This document shows, one piece after another, positions 50,603 through 61,760 of a stretch of DNA of 64,000 nucleotides. The notes under the pieces were generated by a model, which did not search any database, was not told the DNA's origin, and was given only the letters and a program-made list of their open reading frames with translations. Origin of the DNA: Eledone cirrhosa. Lineage: Eukaryota. The DNA lies in contig OZ024745.1 of the NCBI GenBank assembly GCA_964016885.1, positions 134,292,001 to 134,356,000 on the forward strand. Direction: 5' to 3'. Both the position numbers and the translations under genes were made by a program. Each line of letters starts with the position of its first letter. Positions within the stretch are counted from its first letter, which is position 1.

Positions 50603-50698
50603 CTTTTACTGTCATGTTCACAGCATCAAAATCATGACAGTCTGGTTCATTCCAAGTCTCAAAATTCCACTGTCTCACATATTCTATTCCATATTTCT
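50603..50698 (-). CDS. IDUA: IDUA exon 4 (acid/base NEP motif)
   Basis: [31 protein letters not shown]; clan GH-A WNEP acid/base glutamate. Confidence 0.95.
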
Positions 50699-50731
50699 CT
50701 AAAATAAAACCACAGAAAAATAGAAGCATTA

Positions 50732-50887
50732 TGAGATATGTAATAAGTTTCAGAAAGCCAGTGTCATAGAAATATATAAAGTGAGATATGTAATAATAAG
50801 TTTCAGAAAGCCAGTGTCATAGAAATATATAAAGTGAGATATGTAATAATAAGTTTCAGAAAGCCAGTGTCATAGAAATATATAAAG
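50732..50887. repeat. ~53-bp tandem triplication just upstream of the IDUA exon 4 acceptor
   Basis: tgagatatgtaataataagtttcagaaagccagtgtcatagaaatatataaag, three copies. Confidence 0.88.
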
Positions 50888-51090
50888 GATGACAAATAAA
50901 ACAAAAGTTTTTCTTACCCATTATATTTTAACATATTTCACTGGTATTTCTGTGAATTGGCAGTATCGGTAGAGGGTCGGACGCCATGCTTTGACGCATA
51001 GAGTTACGGCCCTTTGTGGTCTGAGTTCAAATCCCACCGAGGTTAACTTTTCCTTTCATCCTTACGGGGTCGATAAAATAAAGAACCAGT

Positions 51091-51305
51091 TAACATCATC
51101 ATCAGGTCGAGCTTGCTCGGCTTTCTACGACACATTTCCTCCATCCATCTCTGTCTCTCATAGCGTTTGCCAATTCTTCCGCAGTGCATCCAGTATCGTC
51201 CTCAAATTGCTTGACGTATGTCTTCTTGGTACGACCAGCGTTTCTTGCTCCATGAGATGGACTCCATAACAATACATCACCTGGTATTTCTTCCTTGCTG
51301 CACCA
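51091..51305 (-). mobile_element. RTE-like LINE 3' end inserted into a SINE
   Basis: GRTKKTYVKQFEDDTGCTAEELANAMRDRDGWRKCV plus (TGA)n tail; the SINE halves resume on both sides. Confidence 0.72.
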
Positions 51306-51523
51306 ACAGTAATACACTGGGATAATTGCTGGCCTTGTGCCAAAAGTAGAAACAATTATTACCCTCTTCTCAAATACAAAAACAAACAAAAAGAACAATG
51401 TGTTCTTCCCAAATTGATCCAAGAAAGAACAGATCCTTCATTTTATTTTGCATCTTTTTTGTTTTTGTATTTGAAAAGAGAGTAATGTCTTGTTTCTCTC
51501 TTGGTTCATTGATTGCTCCTTAT

Positions 51524-51846
51524 ACATACTACCATTAGGCAGCCTTTGAGAGAGATATATGCCAGCCTCGAATGCATACTACCATTAGGCAGCCTTTGAG
51601 AGAGATATATGCCAGCCTCCAATGCATACTAACATTAGGCAGCCTTTGAAAGAGATATATGCCAGCCTCCAATGCATACTAACATTAGGCAGCCTTTGAG
51701 AGAGATATATGCCAGCCTCCAATGCATACTACCATTAGGCAGCCTTGGAGAGAGATATATGCCAGCCTCCAATGCATACTAACATTAGGCAGCCTTTGAG
51801 AGAGGTATATGCCAGCCTCCAATGCATACTACCAATAGGCAGCCAT
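51524..51846. repeat. 50-bp minisatellite, ~6.5 copies
   Basis: Unit gcatactaccattaggcagcctttgagagagatatatgccagcctccaat. Confidence 0.92.
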
Positions 51847-52418
51847 TTAAGCATGCAGGCTTCATTTCTTTCCAATCTTCACAGGTCCTCTACACACAGT
51901 TCCCAGGTTTCACTTCCATGCAGTATTACTGTTCAAACACTTCAAACACTCCTTCCAGTGGGTCCTGTCAAAAGCAACTGTTTCCAACTGATCCAGCTGT
52001 ATCCCCAACCGAGACCAGCTGAACTCAGGCATGTTATCCAACCATCTTACTCAGGGTCTACCCTGAGTCTCCTGCCAGTTGATTTTGCCCATAAAATCTG
52101 TCCAATAATTCTTTCCTTGGACACTCTAACCACATAACCATAGTACCAAAACTGTGATCTCTCAATTTGGAAAAGTAATGGCTCTATCTCAAGTGACTCT
52201 CTGATCTATCGAGTAACTAACTTCTTGAATAATTGTCCTCTGTCATGTTACTAGTGAACTGAGACTAATGCTGCTTCAATTTCCAGCTGAAACTAATTCA
52301 CTTCATTTAAACAACCAATATCTTTACGTAAAGCTTGACTACTCCTGACCAGCAATTTCATCTCCTTTCTCAGTAAATGAGTTGGCTTAAATTAGTATAA
52401 AAATTAAATAATACTTAC

Positions 52419-52603
52419 CAATGTACCTTTTAGCTGTGGCTTTTACAAGATTTTTCCAGAGAAACACTTGAGTTTTATTTTCAAAATCAGTAAAAAACAT
52501 TGACAAACTACCCATTAGCTCAAACCCAGGTTTTAAGCCATTTTTATATAGCTTGTCTATGAGTTGATCAAGCCAGTGGAAATCATACCAAAATGGATAT
52601 TGT
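52419..52603 (-). CDS. IDUA: IDUA exon 3
   Basis: [61 protein letters not shown]; GH39 PGFELMG motif. Confidence 0.94.
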
Positions 52604-53195
52604 CTGAAAACAAAAAACATTTTTTTATTTATGAATACAAAATAATTAATGAAAAAGAAGATTTTCTAATAAATTTTGGCTTCGGTAAATATATATTGAT
52701 TCCCACTGAGGGGAAACCATTTTTTACATGAAAAAACGTTGGTGGATTGGCAGTATTGGTAGAATATCGGACAATATGCTTTGTGGCATAGAGTTATGAC
52801 CCTTTACATTCTGAGTTCAAATCCCATTGAGGTTACAGGATCAATAAAAGGAAATATCAGTAATGTATTGGGTCGACTTATTTGATTTTCCGCTCCCCTT
52901 CAAATTGCTGGCCTTGTGCCAAAAGTTTAAACAATTCTTTTACATAAAAAATGAAAATTATGAGGGGGGGGGGGTAGTAGTGGTAGCAGCAGCAGCCGTA
53001 GCAGTAGTAGTCGTAATAGTAGTCGTAGATTTGTCTGTTGCAAACATTTCGGTTCAGATATCCAATAATAACTTCCTACTTTCGACCCCACCATTCCCAG
53101 ATATCCTGAAAAGGACCATGGGTGGGTAACACCTTTCTTTCCCTTTAAAATATGATAACAAGTGTAAACCAATTAAAAAGACAATAAAAACTCAC

Positions 53196-53339
53196 GTTTT
53201 GACTTGTACAAGATCTAACAACCAGTGTATACGCACTTGTTGAATACCCATGAACGGTATCGCACCAATAAAGGCCAAATTCTGATCCATGTCAGGTCCA
53301 GTGTCATATTTATAAGCTTTTTCATGTGGTTTAGGGGGG
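53196..53339 (-). CDS. IDUA: IDUA exon 2
   Basis: PPKPHEKAYKYDTGPDMDQNLAFIGAIPFMGIQQVRIHWLLDLVQVK; AG and GTGAG sites; phase 2/2. Confidence 0.93.
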
Positions 53340-54293
53340 CTGTTAAATATAGCAAACATAATTTTCTTGAAATTAATAGGATCATCATCATCACAGTTTT
53401 ATGTCATGGAATTATTTTACAATTAAGACCTTTCATTACTATGGCTCTAATGAAAGACATTCTAGATGTTCTAGACCCTAACCCCACCAGTTGCAGAGTG
53501 CGCATCTACATGAGATATTTTTCTCCACAAAGTTTGAACACCAACAGCAGAGTTTAACCCTTTAGCATTTAAATTACTCTATATTTACTATTTTATTTTC
53601 ATGGTAAAACTCTGTTTCTCATAATTATCTCACATAATATTGAATCTACAAGATTTTGATATTATTCATTTTGAGAATAATACCTTAACATAAGTATGAG
53701 CAGCCGGTTGTGGCCACTTTTGAACAGAAGGAGGTGAGAGAATTCTGGCCAGATACGGCCGGTTTAAATGCTAAAGGGTTAAAGAGCAAAGATCAAGTCC
53801 AGTCCATAAGTTGACATTATCAAGCCATCATTTTGGCTGCCGGCCTCTGCTTCTCTTACCAGCCAACCTTCCTTCCAGGCATAACCTACTCATACCACGA
53901 GTTGATCTTTTTATATATGACTGTATAGCTTGAGTACTCTTAACTTGACAATTGATGTAATTGGTCTAAGTTTGGTAATGTTGAGCAGCTCACTGATACA
54001 GATACGGTCGCTGAGCCACGTGCCAGTCATAAGTCTCATGATGTGGTTCTGGAATGTAGAGAGCTTCTCGTCCAATTAACACAATCAAGACACTGTATTT
54101 TAATTAATTGATGAAGATTTCAGAGCGATTTAATAAAATTATTAATTATTTCACTATTAAGATAGTATTTGTAACAAATGGTTTTTATATAAAATTATGT
54201 TGATTTTAATTTAAATAGACGCTTTCAAATGGTTAGTTTTGTTTTATGGAACTAGAGGCAGTTTTGGATGAGCCGGTATAAAAAAGGTTAGAG

Positions 54294-54689
54294 CAGTCAT
54301 GGGTAAACTGCAGCCTGTTTGGCTTTCTGAATGACACGCCTAATTTCGAAATTGTCTTGAATTTTTTAGTAGTGCGGCCCACTTTATAATGAGCCACATC
54401 CTATGTGGCCCACCTTATAATGAGCCACATCCTATGTTGGCCCCTTATGATGAGCCACATCCTATGTTGGCCCCTTATGATGAGCCACATCCTATGTTGG
54501 CCCCTTATGATGAGCCACATCCTATGTGGCCCACCTTATAATGAACCACATCCTATGATGGCCCCGCCCCTTATGATGAGCCACATCCTATGTGGTCCAC
54601 CTTATAATGAGCCACATCCTATGTGGCCCACCTTATAATGAGCCACATCCTATGTGGCCCACTGCTTGTAAAAGGTTGCCTATGTCTGG
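54294..54689. mobile_element. hAT (Charlie-like) MITE containing a ~31-bp minisatellite
   Basis: Imperfect 16-bp TIRs cagtcatgggtaaact / aggttgcctatgtctg; degenerate 8-bp TSD ggttagag / gattaaag; internal tandem ccttataatgagccacatcctatgtggccca. Confidence 0.6.
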
Positions 54690-55129
54690 ATTAAAGCCTA
54701 CTAAATAAATTCTTCTCCCTTTTATTCAACCTTTGGGTAGTTTTCAAGATTCCTTCTTATATTCAAATAACAAAGCTTCAAGTAAACTATAATGACCGTC
54801 CTTCCATTTGATTAGGTATATTGTTTAGCCATATCAAATTAAGACTAGGAAGATTTGTGGTTCAATACAAATGTTTACCAGTCTTTCAGTTATTTTCTTT
54901 CGTCGCCGTCGTTAAAAACAGTCGTTACAAAGTAGTCTTCTGTGTTTAACATGCTAGAAACAGTAGCCGTAGCTCCCTCAATTACACCCTACTGTCTTTA
55001 AAAAATCGCAAGCCATATTTGATAATGCAGTCCTGGTTCCTCTGGAAAAAAGACGGTGTTGTCATGTCAGGAATGCGACCGTAGTAGGTTTGCTCGACAG
55101 GTGCCGCCTTAAATATAATCACCAACTCT

Positions 55130-55330
55130 GATCTGTCGGCCAGCTACATTTTTCAGCCTGTGACTTTCGAGACGTTTGGGGGAGTCGGGCCACTGACTGC
55201 GAGGTTCCTCTCTTCACTGGGGCTCGCTAATAGAGATAACTGGCGAATCTCGCGAGGGTGCTTGGCTGTTTCAGCGCATTACACGAGGCAACGCTGCCAG
55301 TGTGCTGGCTTGCCTCAAAAATCATTAAAG
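55130..55330 (+). mobile_element. CRE-like (RLE-type) non-LTR retrotransposon C-terminal remnant
   Basis: PVTFETFGGVGPLTARFL followed, after a frameshift, by TGESREGAWLFQRITRGNAASVLAC; ET.G..G and RGNA motifs. Confidence 0.62.
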
Positions 55331-55605
55331 AGGTTTCCCAGTACCCCTCGCTGCTGTCTTTTGCTCTGGTGTTGGCTCCGTTGTTCACCCCTTCCTTTAC
55401 ATTTTCTTTGATATTGTAACATTAAAAGAATATATCTTTCTGAAAGAATCACGAACAAATTATAATGTTGTCTTTGTAATGTTATTTATGTATATATTTA
55501 AAACATATTTGTTATGTTATTCTACTGTAAATTTATTTATATACTTTGTATGATAAATTTCATTTAATATTTTTAATCACTAACAACAAAACGATAAAAT
55601 CTTAC

Positions 55606-55727
55606 CAGAAACCTGTACTTTTCCAGAAATGTTTCAAAGGTCCAGTGGAGTTATGTGAATCAATTGTGACAAAGTGTGTCCCAAACACGTGTGGCCAGAC
55701 AAAACATAATATATAAAATATCCACAT
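55606..55727 (-). CDS. IDUA: IDUA exon 1 (signal peptide and FWKSTGFC)
   Basis: MWIFYILCFVWPHVFGTHFVTIDSHNSTGPLKHFWKSTGF-C; hydrophobic N-terminus; GTAAG donor; resembles IDUA FWRSTGFC. Confidence 0.9.
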
Positions 55728-58159
55728 TTCCGCTAGCTGAAAACACTCACAGCTGATTCAAGAAGGGGCCCTCTATGTGGCCGCTAGATCTGCTAGAGAT
55801 AGCAGATAAACCTCCCTCATTTAAATAATGAAACACATTGGATAAAGTAGACTTGAATACAAAAAAAAAGACAAGATGGTCAGGAATGGAATGTGTTCGA
55901 TAATATCAATCGATACAACTAAATCACAGTGTGATGTGAGGTTCCTAGCAATAATTAACTCTATTATGTGTTCATATTTTCATTTTGTAAGAATTATAAA
56001 AAATTTATAATGCTATTTATACAACTGTGAATAATAAATGATTTTCGAAGATTCTCTCTGCAGTTTTAACACAAGATCTTTCATCTGAACATTTCCCGAA
56101 ATGATAGGAAAACAACTTTCGGCGCCAAAATAATCTATTGAAAAGTTTTAACAGAGTTGTGAAGACTGCGTTAGATTAAAGGGAGGTAATTTTAGAATCA
56201 ACTCCCTTTAATTGAACGCGGGCAGGAGAAGCTGAGGCAATCGAACCCCATCAAGGTTTTTTTTCATACTCAGTAACGCTTCTAGATATAGATGACGTAC
56301 ACTTCGTTTCTTATGTAGCTTAACAGATGTTTAGCTATATACACATATCGGATAGCGTATTAGACTGGTACCTGAGCGGTGGGAGAGTGACCATCTGACT
56401 GATAAAATGACAAGTCACTCAATCATAATGGTGGCCTCCCCACAGCTCCGGCGCACAGAATGGAGAAAACGTTTCCTTCACAGGCGTGTGTGCTACCCAT
56501 TCCTTGTGTTGTTGTTTTTTTTCTTTTCTCTATCTTTTCCTCATTCTTTTTTTTTTGCTTTTCCTTTCTCTTTCCTTTATATTATATTTGTTTGTTCTTT
56601 CTGAGTTCAAATCCCGCCGAGGTTGACTTTGCCTTTCATCCTTACGGGGTCGATAAAATAAAGTACCAGTAATGCACTGGGTAATTGCTGGCCTTGTGCC
56701 TAAAGTAGAAACAATTATATTTGTTTGTTCTTTCGTTCTGTAAGCATTGTATTAGAGTCGAACACCATGCTTTGCCGCATAGAGTTACGTCCCTTTATGA
56801 TCTGAGTTCAATCCCGCCGAGGTTAACTTTGCCTTTCATCTTTACGGGGTCGATAAAATAAAGTACCAGTAATGCACTGGGTAATTGCTGACCTTGTGCC
56901 AAAAGTAGAGACAATTAGTATATTTCTTATACAACTGTGAATAAACTTTTTTTATATTCAAAATAAATGTTTATTCTCAATACACGTGTTTCACTCACAT
57001 AGTTGGCTTAAAAAACATTGATAATTATATAAATATGAAAATGAAAGATTAAAAGAAAATTAAGTAATGAGAAAAAGGGGGAAGGGGTAAAGAAGGACAG
57101 ATCTGGCTGTTTTAGAAAATAGAGGAAAGGACTATAAATGCCATAAATGAGAGGAAAAGGAGGGAAAGAGCAAGGACTCTGGGTGACAGAAGGGTGAGGG
57201 GAGAGGATGATGGGCAAGGGTCAAGGTGGAGTTTGGGCTGCAGACAAAGAGTTTTATTAAGGTTAAATAGTGAGTCTTGTTACTCTGCAATTTTACCTGT
57301 ATTTATAGATGAAAACAATGTGACTGCTACTTGTAACATAGCAATGTATGTATTATACTAAATTTATAAAACGGTAATCTTTCTAGAAAGAAATACAATT
57401 TTTCAAAAAGATGTGATAGAAGTAGAGCAGAAAAGATTCCCGCATAAACTTCTTGAAATCTACTTGGATTAGCCAGAAATCAATAGTTAAGAACTGGTAA
57501 AGTATTGATTTCTGATTGAGGTACAAGGCCAACAATTGTTGGGGAGGAAAAGCTGACTAAATCGATCTCAGTACATTACTAGTACTTTATTTTATTCACT
57601 CCATAAGGATAAAAGGCAAAACTAACCTCGGCAGGATGCGAATTCAGATCGTAAAGGGCCGTAACTCTATTCCATAAAGTATGTTGCCCAACGCTCCACC
57701 GAGTAAAATATTAAGGCTGAAACAGGGAAAAATAATCTTTATTATAATAAGAGCACTGTCTGTCTGTCTGTCCATCCATCACACTCATTTTATATAGAGA
57801 GGGGAGCACCAAGCAAGAGATGTGTACATAGATAAAGAGATAAAATGGAATGCCATGTTTTCAAGATAACAGAAAGAGGTAGATAGAGGGTTATGACGTC
57901 GCCCCCCATCTATATAGGGAGAGGGGCAGCACCAAGTGTAAGATGTATATATAAGAGAGAAAAGGAACGTTATTGTTTAGAGAGAGAGTATGAGAGAAAG
58001 ATGGAGAAGATGTCACCTTCATCTCATAATAACTAATAAATAAGAGTAACATTAGTTCTTAACAACTGATAGAAAAACAAAACTGGGTATCCAACGCTAT
58101 AATATATATTATCCAACAATATAATATATATAAGCAAATCTGCACATAAATATAAAGCA

Positions 58160-58850
58160 TGTTGGTCAACGGACTTCCTTTGCTCACATTCTCTAGCCAA
58201 GGCCTTACAACCTTCTCCAATACCTCCTTATAGTTAGCAGCATTGACCCTTACATCATAGGGAAAGGAATGAGGAGGCATTAGATCTCCCTTGTTGCTCA
58301 TGACACCCAGAACCAATACAGTTGCCAGAAACTTTGTGTGTGACCACTGGAACATTTTTAGGGTCTCTGCATAACCATCTGACTTTCCTTGATGGTCCCA
58401 ATCAAACACAGAGAAAAACAAGGCTCTTGATGTTTCAACTTCGACAACGGGCACTTTGCGTGGATCAGATAGTTGTCTTTTGTCTTTTCAGATATGAATT
58501 GGCCACTCCACATTGCATATGACTTGCGTCAAAGGTCTTCATGCACAATTCTTCCAATAGTGTGCCTTGAAACATTGAGCTCATTCACATTAGCGCTAAT
58601 TCACTTTCTGGATACTTATCGGTAATTTTCTAAATTTGGGTATTGTGATGGCTAGTTCCCAGAAAGTCAATTAGCAGGTGTTTTACATTTCACTACTGCT
58701 GGAGAATCCTCGTCAGTGGCTTCTGGCTTTATGTGAACTTTGACAACAAACAACTATGCAACTTTCAGGAAGCAAGCCATCTCTAAATCACTATGTACTT
58801 TCTTTAAGGCAATGATGTGTCTTTGCTGGGTTAGCATGATGTCTGTCATC
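58160..58850 (-). mobile_element. Tc1/mariner-superfamily transposase remnant
   Basis: TKFLATVLVLGVMSNKGDLMPPHSFPYDVRVNAANYKEVLEKVVRPWL, typical of the Tc1/maT catalytic region. Confidence 0.72.
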
Positions 58851-58868
58851 TTTTATTTGAAATAATTA

Positions 58869-60720
58869 CACTGGTCTACAGGGTTTTTGGTGTTTAGGAA
58901 ATATATATCATTCCTATACAAAATCGCAAAATCAGTCTCCTGATTCCAAATATAACCTTCTGTTTGACCTATCAGATCTAGTTTTTAAGATATTGAACAT
59001 CCCTATAGTCACTATGTATGTGTGTACGTCCAGTACGCAGTGTTCGTAACCTTATTCTAATTCTAAGTTTTTTCTTTTTCCATACTTTTTAGATGTTGTG
59101 GTGAACCAAGCAATAGAAAATGAGCAAGATGTCCTCTTCAAGAAAGTGTTGTGTTAATTCTCCAAATGTGTTTTGTTGTTTGTAGAGAATACACATTACC
59201 TGAAAATCGAAAAAATATCACTGATTTTGTTGAAAGAGCATATATGGCATATTTTGGGGTCAAGCTGGGAGACCAAGATAAATATTGGGAACCGCATAGT
59301 GTCTGCAAACAATGTACAGAACATTTGTGACAATGGTCAAAAGGGACAAGGAAAATTATGAGGTTTGCTATACCAATGGTATGGCGGGAGCCCTATAATC
59401 ACGTGGACGACTACTATTTTTGTAACCTAAATCTGAAGGGTATTAACTGGAAAAATCGACAAACGCTTGTCTATCCCAATCTTGCCTCTGCTATTAGACC
59501 GGTTCCACACAGTGAAGAGCTTCCTGTTCCCGTCTTCAATGTCTTGCCTCAGATAACTTTACCCTCTACCAAAGAAGATGACACTAGAGATCAAGACTTT
59601 TCAGTTGAGACTTTACCTCAGCTATTCTCCCAGGTAGAGCTGACTAATCTAGTTCGTGACTTGAACCTCCCAAAAAATTCTGCAGAACTGTTGGCTTCCC
59701 GACTGAAAGAAAAGAATCTTCTAGAGAATGGTGTCCATATAACCTTCTATCGGAGTCGGCATGAAGAGTTCCTTTCCTTATTCACAAAAGAGGATGAGCT
59801 GGTTTACTGCAGAGATGTCAGTGGGCTTCTTAATAAACTTCGCTTTGAGGAATACAAACTAGAGGAATGGCGTCTTTTCATAGACAGCTCTAAGCATAGT
59901 TTAAAATGAGTATTGTTGCACAACGGAATTGTGTATGGCTCTGATCCACTCGGTCACTCAACAACACTGAAGGAAAAATATGAAGAAATTAAGTTGGTTT
60001 TAGAGAAGATACTGTATCATGATCATAAATGGGTCATCTGTGTTGACTTAAAGATGGTGAATTTTCTCAGGGGACAGCAATCTGGTTATACCAAACACTC
60101 AGTATTGGGACAGTAGAGATCGAGTAAACCACTATGTTAAGAAAGACAGGCCGCCTCAAACAAATATGGCTCCATGTAGAGCTGCCAATATATTGGAAGA
60201 ACCTTTAGTTGAGCGAGATAAGATCATTTTCCTCATTTGCACATCAAACTCGGATTGATCAAGCAATTCGTCAAAGCTCTTGACAAAAATGGGGAGTGCT
60301 TCAAGTATATCTGCAGTGTATTTCCAGACTTGACAATTGAAAAACGATTCCATCAGGACATCAAGGAGATGGAAACTCGGTACCAAGGACATTGGGACGT
60401 TGTGATGATGGCAGACTATTGCTGGTGTTTAAAACAAGATACTCCTGTTGCATTCACAGTGAACAAAGAAGCATAAATTTATTGCTTGAATTCTCTTCCA
60501 AAAATCTTTGCCAATGTGCATTTTCAATTTTCAATTTTTATTTGTACTTTGTTTTGTTTTGTGTTACGCTCTCTTTATTGATTCATATTATATGCACCTT
60601 GTATGAATAAAATACTGACTCTATCCAGTCTAGACCTGATAGAGAAAAACTGAAGTTATTTTTGAATTTAGTAGGCAAAATCACTTGAGAATTATCGTTG
60701 AAATATTCCAGGTACCAGAC
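58869..60720 (+). mobile_element. Degenerate Chapaev3-like (CMC) DNA transposon
   Basis: Broken transposase: CCVNSPNVFC, LGDQDK, FAIPMVWREPYNHVDDYYFC, LFIDSSK, ICVDLKMV, HIKLGLIKQFVKAL, RFHQDIKEMETRYQG; begins TTA|CACTG. Family assignment from recalled motifs. Confidence 0.65.
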
Positions 60721-61119
60721 AAAAGAATTTCCTCAAAGAACTGAGCAACCCTATATGTATGTTATTGTCATCGTTTAACATCTATTTTCCCATGATTACA
60801 TGGGTTAGATGAGCTGTTTCAGTACTGAGGCCAGACTGGTTAAGTGACCATGTCTTGCTAATTTTTGGCTTGACATCTATGAATGGATACCTTTCCGAAC
60901 ACTAACGACTTAATTTCATTGACCACCTTATAGAGAGGACTGAGTGCTTTATATCATGGAACCAGCACTACCACTTTACAGAGTGGACTGGTGCATTTTG
61001 TTGTAGAACCAGCTCTACCGGCTTACAGTGTGGACTGTGTGCTTTTTTGTTGTTGTGCTAGCATGGTGACAACTTATGGAGTAGACCCTCACCCTTTTAA
61101 GCCCTTACACATACTAAAT

Positions 61120-61760
61120 ATAGCAAAATGTGATTAAAGTAGCTTATTTTTATTTTCCCTCTATCATTTTTCTGCAGTATCATTAAGTTTGGTAGAGCCT
61201 TACCCTTTAGCATTTACATTACTCTATATATACTATTGTATTTTCGTGGTAAAGGCTTTATCTCACATAATATTGAATTTATGACATTTCGATATCATTT
61301 ATGTTGTGAACAATACCTTAATATCAGTATGAGTGGCCAGTTACGACCAGTGTGAACAGAAAGAGGTGAGAGAATTCTGGCCGGATATGGCCGATTTAAA
61401 TTCTAAAGGGTTAATGTTTAAGGAAAAAACTGGTATAGTCTTAACATTGGGTGGGAAAAAGGCTGGGACATACATAATTATGTCTTTATTACAATAGTTC
61501 TAAAGCATTATTGTAATAGAGGGCTGCCTTGTTGAAGATTCTTTATTTGAAGTAAGGTTAGATATTTTTTCACTGATATCATTAATTGGTGCCTTACATT
61601 TTTTGGTGAGAGACAAGAGTTTTTGTTAATATATGCAAGTTTGTCATTTGGCTCATTGTATTGTTTGTATCGGTAGGTTTTTGTTATGGCTCACTCATGT
61701 ATAGCTTAGCCGACTTCCTTTGAGATTGTATCTCATGGGAAATTTCTTTAGTGTTTTAAT
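61120..61760 (-). mobile_element. Penelope-like element RT/linker remnant, split by a TTAA MITE
   Basis: Minus-strand remnants YKQYNEPNDKLAYINKNS, IFNKAALYYNNAL, F.PNVKT..FL and KIKISY resemble the PLE RT thumb/linker. Confidence 0.55.
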
